This document shows positions 21,149 through 32,849 of a DNA stretch of 64,000 bases, piece by piece. The notes beneath the pieces were generated by a model. The model was not told the DNA's origin. It saw only the letters and a program-made list of their open reading frames with translations, and made no database searches. The DNA comes from Macrostomum lignano (taxonomy: Eukaryota): contig NIVC01000525.1 in NCBI GenBank assembly GCA_002269645.1, forward strand, positions 310,001 through 374,000, read 5' to 3'. A program made the translations under genes and the position numbers. Position 1 is the first letter of the stretch. Every line of letters starts with the position of its first letter.

Positions 21149-24100
21149 ATGGGAGCTCAGATTAAAAAAGATGATAAAGCAAGCATGATCGATAAAGTAT
21201 TTGAACTCAGAGGAAAAGCAACTATTTTTCTATGTGGAGGTAAGTTTTATTATAAATTGTACATGATAAATCTAGTCTTAAAATATATAAGTTTAATGAA
21301 GGCTTAAAGTTTATAATTTATATGAAAATCCAAAAAATTGGGCCATTCCTTTTTTCCTACAAATTTGCCAGGTCCATTTTCTAATATTAGATTATATAGT
21401 GCTTGGTATAGCTTGCCTTTGCCCTAAAAAAATTCAAGATCTGTGCTTGATTTTTGCACCAGCTGGGCCTACTTGTTATTTTGGAGATGGTTGCTATTCA
21501 AGGACTTGCCATTTAGGCATGTTTGCTATTGGAGGATGTTTGCTATCTATGGGAGGGGGTATTTGCTATCTAGAGAATGCTTGCTATTGGGAGGGGAAAG
21601 GGTTTTGCTATCTAAGGGAGGGGGTTCTTGCTATCTGTTGCTATCTAGGGGATGTTTGCTATGTGGGGATGCTTGCTGTCTAGAAGATGCTTTCTATTTA
21701 GGGGGATGCTATCTTTGAGAGATGCTATCTTTGCAAAGGTTTTATTTTGTTGTGTCCTTTTATTACTCTAGAAAAAAAGAGATTTATAGCTAGCATAAGA
21801 CTGCTAAAATATACTTTGAACTACTTAGGTATGGCTGGCTGCCTAGCCAAGACAACAGTTGCACCACTGGACCGAGTCAAAATCCTTCTCCAGACGCACA
21901 ATCATGCTCACGAATCTCATGGTAAGACCTGTCTTTGAAAATGTTTTATTGACTAAAGATTAATACTGTATAGAGAAATCAAAGTTTGCTTTGGTAGCAA
22001 ACTTAATTGGCAATGACCTGCTCTCATAGTGCATTTGTATTCTCACTATTCTCAGGCATTTTCGGCACTCTTCGCCACATCTGGTCAGTTGAGGGCATCG
22101 CTGGTTTCTATCGAAGCAATGGAGCTCAAATGATACGTATATTCCCCTACTCGGCTATACAATTTCTATCATTCGATGTGTACAATAATGTAAGCTTCTG
22201 GGGGACTGCTTGTGTTTCTTAGATTCATCTTCAGGCCTTGACGCTCTACTGTTGACCAATTTCAGAGTTTGTCAGCCTCGCTAGGCGAAGGCAATCTGAC
22301 GCGACTGATAAGCGGGTCAATGGCTGGTGAGCGTTTAAGAAATCAACTTCAAACTGTTTGTGTGCATAGATGGGTTAATACAGGTAGTTGAATGATTGCG
22401 ACAGAGCAGGTACAGACTGAAAATTCACGGGCACTAAAGTACGTCGCACTTAGCCAGACAGTAAGACGGTGAGATAATGGATAAGACACTGCGAGAGACA
22501 AATAACGTAAAGACACTCTGTCACTGAAGACACTCTGTCACTGAAGACACTCTGTCACTGAAGACACTCTGTCACTGAAGACACTCTGTCACTGAAGACA
22601 CTCTGTCACTGAAGACACTCTGTCACTGAAGACACTCTGTCACTGAAGACACTCTGTCACTGAAGACACTCTGTCACTGAAGACACTCTGTCACTGAAGA
22701 CACTCTGTCACTAAAGACACTTCAGACACTAAAGATAATTCAGACACTAAAGACACTCACAAACTAAAGATAAAGACAATAAAGACAGTCAGTCACCAAA
22801 AATACTCAGTCACTAATGACACCCAGGACACTAAGACATGCAGACAGACACCCAGGACACTAAGACATGCAGACAGACACCCAGGACACTAAGACATGCA
22901 GACAGACACCAAGGGCACTAAGACATGCAGACAGACACCAAGGGCACTAAGACATGCAGACAGACACCCAGGACACTAAGGCATGCAGACAGACACCAGG
23001 GCACTAAGACATGCAGACAGACACCAAGGGCACTAAGACATGCAGACAGACACCAAGGGCACTAAGACATGAAGACAGACACCAAGGGCACTAAGACATG
23101 CAGACAGACACCCAGGACACTAAGACATGCAGACAGACACCAAGGGCACTAAGACATGCAGACAGGCACCAATGACACTAAGACACACAGACAGACACCA
23201 AGGGCACTAAGACATGCAGACAGGCACCAAGGACACTAAGACACACAGACAGACACCAAGGGCACTAAGACATGCAGACAGACACCAAGGACACTAAGAC
23301 ATGCAGACAGACACCCAGGACACTAAGACACACAGACAGACACCAAGGGCACTAAGACATGCAGACAGACACCAAGGACACTAAGACATGCAGACAGACA
23401 CCAAGGACACTAAGACACACAGACAGACACCAAGGGCACTAAGACATGCAGACAGACACCCAGGACACTAAGACACACAGACAGACACCCAGGACACTAA
23501 GACACACAGACAGACACCCAGGACACTAAGACATGCAGACAGACACCCAGGACACTAAGACACACAGACAGACACCCAGGACACTAAGACATGCAGACAG
23601 ACACCCAGGACACTAAGACATGCAGACAGACACCCAGGACACTAAGACATGCAGACAGACACCCAGGACACTAAGACATGCAGACAGACGCCCAGGACAC
23701 TAAGACATGCAGACAGACACCAAGACCCACAGCTCCTAATACACCGCAGGCATGACGGCAGTGTCGCTCACTTATCCACTGGACGTTGTTCGAACTCGAC
23801 TGGCTTATCAGTCGGCCGGCTGCGCCGAGCATCCGCATAGCAACTATTCGGGCATCGCCGACTGTCTGCGCCACCTGCGCACCCAGCGCGCCCTGTTCGC
23901 CGGCCTGGCGCCCAGTCTGCTTGGCATGGCGCCTTACGCCGGCGTGAGCTTCTGCGCCTTCCACTGGCTTCAGAGGCAGGCCGTGGAGCGCTGGCCGGGT
24001 CTGTTCGCCGTGAGGGACGACGACGAGTCGCCTGCTCGACTGTGCACCTGGGCTCGACCCCTGATTGGTGGCCTGGCCGGAGCTGCCGCCCAGACAGTCA

Positions 24101-24645
24101 GCTACCCACTGGACTGCGCCCGGCGATACATGCAGGTCTGGCACTGACTGTGTGTGCGCGGGCACTTGCACTGTGTGTGCGCGGGCACTCGCACTGACTG
24201 TGTGTGCGCGGGCACTGGCACTGACTTTGTGTGCGCGGGCACTGGCACTGACTGTGTGTGTGCGGGCACTGGCACTGACTGGTGTGTGTGTGTGCGGGCA
24301 CTGGCACTGACTGCGTGTGTGCGGGCACTGGCACTGACTGTGTGTGCGCGGGCACTGGCACTGACTGTGTGTGTGCTGTCACTGTCACTCCATAACAAGG
24401 GCACTGTCACTCCATAACAAGGACACTGTCACTCTCAATTGCAGGTGGCGGGCGCTCCTGGCCGTTTCAGCTTGGCTGAAGTCCCGGCAGCGGGAGCCGC
24501 GGCCACGCTGTCGCAGCTGTACAGCCGCTACGGTGTGGCAGCCGGGCTGTACCGCGGCCTGTCGCTGAACTACGTGAGGGTGGTGCCGACCGCTGGCGTG
24601 TCATTTGCAGCCTACGAGACTTTGCGACAGGCGTTCGGGGTCTGA
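21149..24645 (+). CDS. SLC25A16: Mitochondrial carrier, Graves disease carrier protein / CoA transporter-like, about 321 aa, 6 exons
   Basis: Exons 21149-21239, 21829-21921, 22056-22189, 22266-22326, 23750-24135 and 24445-24645; in phase, 966 nt. Three Px(D/E)xx(K/R) signatures (APLDRVK, YPLDVVR, YPLDCAR). AKTTVAPLDRVKILLQ.HN, NGAQMIRIFPY and LGMAPYAGVSF match SLC25A16. The start could instead be the ATG at 21185. Confidence 0.88.
22510..22715. repeat. 17-bp intronic minisatellite (aagacactctgtcactg)
   Basis: Tandem array in SLC25A16 intron 4. Confidence 0.96.
22820..23725. repeat. 29-bp intronic minisatellite (cacccaggacactaagacatgcagacaga)
   Basis: Tandem array in SLC25A16 intron 4. Confidence 0.96.
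24140..24430. repeat. Intronic minisatellite (ggcactgactgtgtgtgcgcg)
   Basis: Begins immediately after the donor of intron 5. Confidence 0.93.
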
Positions 24646-24694
24646 GCTGGACTGGGAAACTCGTAGCATGGAGATGCCCTGTGCCCGCTGCCCT

Positions 24695-25560
24695 GGCCTT
24701 CAACCCTATGGGCCTCCCTTCGACCCTATCGGACTCCCTTCAATCCTATGGGCCTCCCTTCACCCTTCAACCTTTTCGCCCTCCCTTCAATCCTATGGGC
24801 CTCCCTTCAACCCTATGGGCCTCCCTTCAACCCTATGGGCCTACCTTTAACCCTTTCGGCCTCCCTTCAACCCTATCTGACTCCCTTCAACCCTATGGGC
24901 CTCCCTTCAACCCTATCGGCCTCCCTTAAACCCTATCGGCCTCCCTTCAACCCTATCGGCCTCCCTTCAACCCTTTGGGCCTCCCTTCAACCCTTTCGGC
25001 CTCCCTTCAACCCTAGACTCCCTTCAACCCTATCGGCCTCCCTTAAACCCTAGACTCCCTTCAACCCTATCGGCCTCCCTTAAACCCTATCGGACTCCCT
25101 TCAACCCTATGGGCCTCCCTTCAACCCTATGGGCCTCCCTTCAACCCTTTGGGCCTCCCTTCAACCCTTTCGGCCTCCCTTCAACCCTTTCGGCCTCCCT
25201 TCAACCCTATCGGTCTCCCTTAAACCCTATCGGACTCCCTTCAACCCTATCGGCCTCCCTTCAACCCTATCGGACTCCCTTAAACCCTATCGGCCTCCCT
25301 TCAACCCTATCGGACTCCCTTAAACCCTATCGGCCTCCCTTCAACCCTATCGGACTCCCTTAAACCCTATCGGCCTCCCTTCAACCCTATCGGCCCACCT
25401 TCTACGCTATCTGACTCCCTTCAACCCTATGGGCCTCCCTTAAACCCTATGGGCCTACCTTTAACCCTTTCGGCCTCCCTTCAACCCTATCTGACTCCCT
25501 TCAACCCTTTGGGCCTCCCTTAAACCCTATCAACCTCTCTTCAACCCTACCGGACTCCCT
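24695..25560. repeat. 21-bp minisatellite (ccttcaaccctatgggcctcc)
   Basis: Tandem array just 3' of the SLC25A16 stop codon. Confidence 0.96.
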
Positions 25561-26656
25561 TCTTGTATTTTTTGTAGGAAATAGGCCTCAAAAAATGCAA
25601 GATCTTTGAGTTTTTATTTATGTTATACTACAGTGGTCCTTGTCTTCATATCGGCCTCTAGATTGATATGCTTAACACTGGCTACTGTGAGTAGAGTTGC
25701 AAATTTCAGGAAAATTGTTTCCGCTAGCAAGTAATTCAGCTTTGCTGTGCTCCGAGTCTGAAAAAGAATTTTATATTCAATATTGGCACGCTCTCAGTTC
25801 TCGGGGTTAATCTGCACAAAAGTTTGACCCATTCATTGGACAAACTGTGTTTGTGTTGTTGCTTTCCGAAAGATTATTGTTTTTAACTGTTCGATTTCTG
25901 CTTTCAATTGTTGCTAAGAGCAATGGTGACTTTTTTATTTTCTCTTTAATTTTTCGATTTCGAAGGAATGTTTCTCTGGCCTGTAGAGGTAAGAGTTGAG
26001 CAAAGTATTTTTTGTTGTGCTTTTTAGTATTGATATTATTTTGCAGATTAGTTGCAATACAAATTTAGATGTTGTAAAATATCGAACTAATTTTTACCTA
26101 CACGAAGAAAAATGTCTGCTAGATGAGCATTGGTAGCCACACTGCTTTTGCCATGCCAAGTTAGAGAAGCGGACCTTCAAATCTGCAAGCCTGCAAATCA
26201 GAGACAGGTTGGGCCAGAGACAACACGCTACGACTTCTGTAGCTGATTGGAAGGCTCTCTTGAATTATGCTGGCTCTCTGTCTCCGACAAAACTCTGAGG
26301 CCATAAGTATAAGATAATTTGCCGAGGCCTAGAAGCGCAGTCCTCAGCCGTCCCTAGGCCAACGAAACGAAATCAAGTGGGGATTAAAATATTTAACTGC
26401 CGCAGCCAGCGGGAGGAAATGAGACTAAGCCTCGGCCATAGACTATTGGCTGTGTAAGATATTCTGTGTCATAGAATATAGAAGGCTCAGATAGAAGGCC
26501 ATAGAAGGCCATACAATATTCTGTGTAAGATCAGAAAGCTTCAGTTGTGTGTAGCTTGGTACCGAATATGGGTGACATCTCTGCTGCTGTCGTTGTTGTT
26601 GTTGTTGTTGTTGTTGCTACTCACGCTACCAACGGTGAGGGCTGCTCTAGTGGTAG

Positions 26657-26926
26657 ATGACTGTCGTTGTTGAAGCCCCAGATATGGAGATTTCGCCGGA
26701 CCTACTGGATTTCATCCTGAAGCCCGGGGATAACGCTGGACCTATTGAAGCCGCTCTCACTGGCCGGTTCGAGCAACTTTCGGAGAATGAAATTGCCAGA
26801 CACATTGAAGAGACCGTGCCGAAGACCACCAAGAAAAAGGCGCAGTGGGCCTTTTCCGTCTTCCGCGAGTGGCATAACGAGAAGAAGCGAACAAAGATGG
26901 TGAGCGCTACTCTGCGTCGACGCTGA
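26657..26926 (+). mobile_element. N-terminal fragment of a Crypton/DUF3504-type (KCTD1/ZMYM/QRICH1-related) tyrosine-recombinase-like ORF
   Basis: GRFEQLSENEIARHIEETVPKTTKKKAQWAFSVFREW matches the RF..l.e.ei......vp.nT.k.t.Wa...f.eW pattern that precedes DUF3504. No recombinase core is seen. Flanked by inverted GGCCATAGAC (26434) and GTCTATGGCC (27228). Confidence 0.6.
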
Positions 26927-27939
26927 AGGATCTGTATTCAATGCTACAGGATCACTGGCAAAACACGTTCAAGAAAAATTGGAGCTTCTGACTTGTTGTG
27001 AAACCGGTCTTGTTTCAAAAGTATAACAGCATCTGTGTTTCTACCATAGACAATTATTTCTTGGCCTCCAAGAAACGCCTGATGGAAGTCTCAACTCATT
27101 TGAAAGAATGTTTTTTAGCCATAGACAATTATTTCTTGGAGTCCAAGAAATGAAAATACGAGCGTACACAGAGGAGATAGGCAGCTGGCCGGGCCAAAGC
27201 GGGGATTAAATTGCAAGTTTGCGTGTTGTCTATGGCCCAAACCTGTCTTTGCTCAGCAGGCTCTCAGTTTTGAATGACGACAAAAGCCATACTAATTTTA
27301 ACAAATACTCCACGAGGAGCTTGTCTTTGTAGCAAGTCAAATCAAATCAATTTTATATCTTGATAGATTTTTTACTAGCTAGTGTGTTTCCGTTGCTACC
27401 TGCCTGTATATTAATATTAAACTGTTTTTAACCGTTCAAATTGTGTAATAGATAATATATTAATATCCCGCGCGTAATACAGCTCGTACTACTGACATAA
27501 GTAGACAGATTCTAGATTTTCATGCCCCAAAAAGAATAGCGGCAGTCAATATTCATAGAGAATATGACTTGTTGCTGGTTAACTGTACTTTTATAAGATA
27601 CTTTCTAACTTATTTTCGTTATTTTTGTACATTATCTACCTGCTAGCGCTGTAAGTTAAGCAAAGTTGGCCGCGGTTAGTACGTAAACGTGGCTTTTAAT
27701 AGGCTTGAGAAGCTGAGATGCTTCCCATATTCACCCCGCTGAGCTTCTGAGCTGCCGCAGAAGCACGGAGGCAGGGTGGGAGTTGACACCCTTAAAGAAT
27801 TCATGATAGTCTTGACCAGGATTTTGCGGGCATAAAAATGAGAGCAAAATTATACACTGTTTGATTAAGCTGACTCATTTCATTGATTCTGTCAATCGAG
27901 TGCCATTGATAATTGTCCCTTAGTAATTGAAAATTACCC

Positions 27940-28470
27940 CCCAATCATTGAGAATCGCCCCTTAGTCATTGAGAATCGCCCCTTAGTCATTGAGAATCGC
28001 CCCTTAGTCATTGAGAATCGCCCCTTAATCATTGAGAATCGCCCCTTAATCATTGAGAATCGCCCCTTAGTCATTGAGAATTGCCCCTTAATCATTGAGA
28101 ATTGCCCCTTAATCATTGAGAATCGCCCCTTAGTCATTGAGAATCGCCCCTTAATCATTGATAATCACCCCTTAGTCATTGAGAATTGCCCCTTAGTCAA
28201 GCATTGAGAATCGTCCCTTAGTCATTGAGAATCGTCCCTTAGTCATTGAGAATCGTCCCTTAGTCATTGAGAATCGTCCCTTAGTCATTGAAAATTGCCC
28301 CTTAGTTATTAAGAATCGCCTCTTAGTCATTCAGAATCGCCCCTCAATCATTGAGAATCGCCCCTTAGTCATTGAGAATCGCCCCTCAATCATTGAGAAT
28401 CGCCCCTCAATCATTGAGAATCGCCCCTTAGTCATTGAGAATCGCCCCTTAATCATTGAGAATCGCCCTG
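27940..28470. repeat. 21-bp minisatellite (ttagtcattgagaatcgcccc)
   Basis: Tandem array visible. Confidence 0.96.
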
Positions 28471-29029
28471 AATGCTCGCTGATGATGAGAGCAGCCGGTA
28501 GCTGCTGATATTCGAGTAAGTAAGAAGCGAAAACGATGCTCTAAACTCGAACCAGGCGCTGGTTATAATTACAGGTGTAATTTCCGGTTTAAACGCACCG
28601 CCTTTAGGCCTGCATTTGCGTCACTTGTGTGTTTGGCCTCTGCTGCTTGCAGGTTTCAAAAGTACAATCGAATTTTAGTCCTTACTTACAGGCAGGCGTC
28701 GCACTGCACTGCAGAATCGCGAAGCTGCTGCACTCAACCAACTCTCAAGTGTCCAAAGAAAAAAACTATTTCTCTAAGAAGCCCTTACAGCTGTCCCCAT
28801 GCAACCTGGCAGTATAAGGTATTTGAGATGGAAAATGAAATTATCGATTTGCGTGCAAGAGTGGATTGAGTCAGGGACCCCAGGAAATTGCTCCGGACTG
28901 GTAGCCGAACCGGGAAAATGGACCACAAAAGTAGAAGCAGAGGGACGCTACAGCAACTAAGAAATACGCGTAGCTTGATAAACTTGAGTGCGACTTGGAT
29001 AAAGCATTTCGAATTCATAAGTCCATTTA

Positions 29030-29330
29030 ATAATAATAATAATTGATTAAACCGGCCCCAATTGGGCCAGATGTGCAACCGACAGCTCAGCTGCAGCTAT
29101 TGCGCAGCGCATCAGAAGGGTGCGTACGGCTGTTCAGTCCAAGGACTGGGGGGGGGTTGCCACACACACCCTCAATTACCCCAGCTAATGCTGGCACCCA
29201 TTTTACAGCTGGGTGAACTGCAGCAATGCAGTTTTAAGTGTCTTGCTCAAGGACACAAATTATTCCAGTGGTATCGGGAATCGAACCCCTGACCATTGAG
29301 TCCGAGTCCGACGCTCTAAACTCTCGGCTA
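29030..29330 (-). mobile_element. tRNA-derived CORE-type SINE, copy 2
   Basis: Highly similar to 9243-9525; (taa)n tail at about 29030-29042. Confidence 0.8.
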
Positions 29331-30259
29331 AAGCCCCCTATCACATAAGTCTAAAAGATGTGATATTGCTAAAAAACAAAAATAGCTGCGATAACCGGCT
29401 TCCAGCCAAATTCACACGATTTTCAAGATGCTTTCCTTTATTTCAGTTGTCTATGGGACTTATTTAAAGCTGAATAAGCTGTTAATTTTTTGTAACTACA
29501 TTATAAAAAGTGGTCTCCAGTCCAGTCCAAGTATAGCCTTAGGCGTCCTTGGCATATGTAAATAAAAGTCGGCATCAAGCCAGCCTCAGCCTTGCTGTTT
29601 CCCTGCCGAGTAGTGTGCCGGATTCAATTTCCGGTAGAGAATCTGCAGGAGCCTCCCCGCAGCTGTTCAAATCTTCATATTTCACATTTATAAGAATCTG
29701 GATGACCAACTTAAATACACGTCAGAGGGCCGACAGAAGGAACCTGCAGAAAGACAAATGCGCTTGAATACGAACAGGATCTGGCGTAGCTGGATGTACG
29801 TCTGTAGATGGAACCGAACTTACAACCTTAGTTTTATATTAAGAATCCAGACTATGTCTATGGCTAGAACCCTCTAGGTCATCACAGACCTCATAGCCTT
29901 CTACGATTTCCATAGAGTTAGCACTCCAGATTCTTAGTTCATGGTCTCCTTGGCAACTAAATTATAAGCAGCAGATTCGATTCGTTACGCGCTGCGAGAT
30001 TTCAAAGAAAAAGGATTTCCTAGAAATGCAAGCCTTCTCACATTTCCTCAATCCTCCTCGCAGATTCTCTGAAAAAATAGCAAAATTTAATTACATTAGC
30101 AGCTGAAGATTTGCCTTATTTACTCAACTTTGTTTATGAAGTCGGTCGGCAGAAAATCCTTAATCTCAATTTCTGAAGAAGGGAAAGTCTAAAGAAAACC
30201 GTTACACAGATCTCAACAACTTTACAAGCCGGAAAATTTCATAGCGCCAAAATACGCTC

Positions 30260-30440
30260 GTAGCGGTTAGGTTCCAGGGTAGCTACAGAATGGGGTTCCA
30301 GGGTAGCTACAGAATGGGGTTCCAGGGTAGCTATAGAATGGGGTTCCAGGGTAGCTACAGAATGGGGTTCCAGGGTAGCTACAGAATGGGGTTCCAGGGT
30401 AGCTATAGAATGGGGTTCCAGGGTAGCTATAGAATGGGGA
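30260..30440. repeat. 24-bp minisatellite (gttccagggtagctacagaatggg)
   Basis: Tandem array visible. Confidence 0.93.
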
Positions 30441-30959
30441 TCCAGAGTAGACAGATTAGCTATCAAGTGCACACAATGTACTACTTCAATACATGGTTAT
30501 TTTCGCAGTCGCGCAAGAAAAAGCTCTTTCTCCTTTAACTGAGACTAATCTGTTAATTAGTGTAATTAGTTTTCCAGAGACACAAATTGCGGCAGTTGAC
30601 TCGAACTGCGCACTGGACAGAGTTGAGTAAATGGCGCAGTGTGTATTTCAATCCGTGGCGCACAAAACTGTTTAGCCGGAGCCGTTGGGAGGATTATAGT
30701 AGAGAATTAAATGTAGGTTGCCGAAAGGCTGTCAGCCAGGCAGAGGTATTAGTAATACTACTACTATTATCTATTAATTAGTATTATATGCATGCAGATT
30801 TTTCTGGCCAGTTGGGACGTGCGTGATTAGTGAATATTATATGCAATCATCTTATACGGATTCGAATTCACGCCAGTCTGGTATTTCACAAATTTTGCAT
30901 TTGTTAAAATCCAATCGGGATCACGTGGTCACTGACTTCTAAGAAAACGAACTCGAAGC

Positions 30960-32849
30960 TCAGATCAGCGTCTCGCGCGCGATCGGCGACTGCGAACTGT
31001 CGCCATAGTAACGGCGCACAATGCGCGGCGGCCGGTAGGCGCCAAAATCGGCAACGCCGGCGTCACCGCTGCCGGTGGTGGCGCCGTCGTTGAAATCGTC
31101 GCCGCAGAAGCTGCTCTCGGCGTAGCGCGGGCCCAGCCGCCTGGCCCGTCGGCCGGAGTTCGAGCATCTCTCGCAGCCGTTGCAGCCGACCACCAGCCGC
31201 GCCGGCCCAGTGCTGTAGGGCGGGGGCGGCTGCCGCTGATCGGCGAGCAGATGAGGTCGGGGAGGCTGCCGAGCCAGCAGTGGCTCCTGCAGGCACAGCG
31301 GCGGCGGCGGCGGCGGATACGGCAGCGCCTTGGAGGCGACGCCAGCGGCGGCGAACTGCGGAAGCAGCGGCGATGGCGGAGTTCGCGACCTCTCCGGCTG
31401 CTGCTGCTGCTGCCATTGCCGGAGCACCGGCGAGCTGCCTTGGTTCAACTGACGGTGGCGTTGGCATCGCTGACGATGTCGACGCCTCCTCTGCTCCCGG
31501 TGGCACCGTCGGCGGCTGGCGCTGCGCGCCTCCTCCCCGGCGCTCTCCTCGTCGACATCCTCGCTGGACCGGCCCGACTGGTACTCCATCTCCAGCTCCT
31601 CCGGCGCTGCCTCGTCGTCCTCCTCGAACTCATCTTGGTCTTCTTCTTTCGACTCGTTCCCGTCTCTCTCGTCTTCCTTCTTAGTGCCGCCGGCGCTCCG
31701 TCGACGCCGACGCCCGACGTCGCAATAGTCGACGCGCGCCCGCTGCAGGCTGGCCCGCTGCTTCTGGCTGGCGATGCGCAGCAGGATGACGTCGCACAGC
31801 ATGGAGGACAGGCCGAACAGGGCCAGGCCGCTGCCCAGGTTCATCGACAGTCTGTAGAAATCGAACCGGCCGCCCTCGCCGCTGACCGTGACGAAGATCT
31901 TGATGCCGTAGGCGTGCACCAGCATCCGACGGTCCTGGCCCTCGCTCCTGTAGTTGTAGGCGTACTGCACGGAGAAGCCCTCAATGTCCGTGCCTTTGCC
32001 GATGTCCAGCTCGCGGAAGTGGTACTTGGGCAGGCAGTGCTCCTCCGGCAGGTCGAAGTTGCACTGCCAGGAAATGTCGATGCCGAACGCGCCGCCGATT
32101 TTGTAGACCTCCTCGCTGGTGGTGCCAGAATAGGCGAGGATGTCGCCGAGGCGGAACACTGGGCAGTAGGTGAGGTTTGGGTGCGCCTTGTCGTACAGGC
32201 AGGTGTTCAGGTACTCGCTGGTCATCCAGTCCAGGATGTTGCGCCGTTTCTTATCGAATGCTCGAAAATCGACGCTGTTTTTTAGCTGGACGGTGAAGTT
32301 CCTGGCACGGGTGAGCACCGAGCCGACTGGCAGGTTGAAGGCGTCCTGACTGGGCGCCGGGCACCAGCCGTAGCTGATGCAGGTTCTCGTGTCCGGGCTG
32401 CACCGGCCCGTGCGCCGGCCCTGACTGCTGATGCTGCCGGCCAGACAATCGCCGTCCTGATGGCAGTGTCCGACCGACTCCGGACACTCGCTCATGGCCT
32501 GCTTGTCGGTCACCCGAGCATTTGTTGTAATGAAAATGGCGCCATTCATGATCGGTGGTATGATGTAATCGGCCGAGTCCCACACTCTGGCGCCGTAGTC
32601 CGGATCTCCCGACCTGTTCACAAAGTCCAGGCCCTTCACTTTGAACACCACGCCGCCCTCCGGCGTCTCTATAACCTGGTAGCCTTTCTTGTGCCAGATA
32701 ATGTAGAACAGGAAGTAGACAATGACAGACAGCTGCACGCTGCGGTAGAACAGGCCGAACTTGACGCTGCGAATCACCACCACTTTCTGCAGGCGGTACT
32801 CGAAGAACCCAGCCAGCATGCGGCTGAAGAACGATCTCAGGGAGCACAT
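30960..32849 (-). CDS. P2RX: P2X purinoceptor-family ion channel, intronless, 629 aa, with a non-canonical ATP site
   Basis: FFEY N-terminus, TM1 (LFYRSVQLSVIVYFLFYIIWHKKGYQ), FKVKG, WDSADY, GWCP, NFTV, YCPVFRLGDI, GGAFGIDISWQCNFD, all 10 extracellular Cys, and TM2 (MNLGSGLALFG...LCD). ATG at 32849. Confidence 0.95.
   Translation of the reverse strand: MCSLRSFFSRMLAGFFEYRLQKVVVIRSVKFGLFYRSVQLSVIVYFLFYIIWHKKGYQVIETPEGGVVFKVKGLDFVNRSGDPDYGARVWDSADYIIPPIMNGAIFITTNARVTDKQAMSECPESVGHCHQDGDCLAGSISSQGRRTGRCSPDTRTCISYGWCPAPSQDAFNLPVGSVLTRARNFTVQLKNSVDFRAFDKKRRNILDWMTSEYLNTCLYDKAHPNLTYCPVFRLGDILAYSGTTSEEVYKIGGAFGIDISWQCNFDLPEEHCLPKYHFRELDIGKGTDIEGFSVQYAYNYRSEGQDRRMLVHAYGIKIFVTVSGEGGRFDFYRLSMNLGSGLALFGLSSMLCDVILLRIASQKQRASLQRARVDYCDVGRRRRRSAGGTKKEDERDGNESKEEDQDEFEEDDEAAPEELEMEYQSGRSSEDVDEESAGEEARSASRRRCHREQRRRRHRQRCQRHRQLNQGSSPVLRQWQQQQQPERSRTPPSPLLPQFAAAGVASKALPYPPPPPPLCLQEPLLARQPPRPHLLADQRQPPPPYSTGPARLVVGCNGCERCSNSGRRARRLGPRYAESSFCGDDFNDGATTGSGDAGVADFGAYRPPRIVRRYYGDSSQSPIARETLI

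Noticed and set aside
25910-25924. X-box-like GTTGCTAAGAGCAAT
   Set aside because: No supportable gene start nearby.
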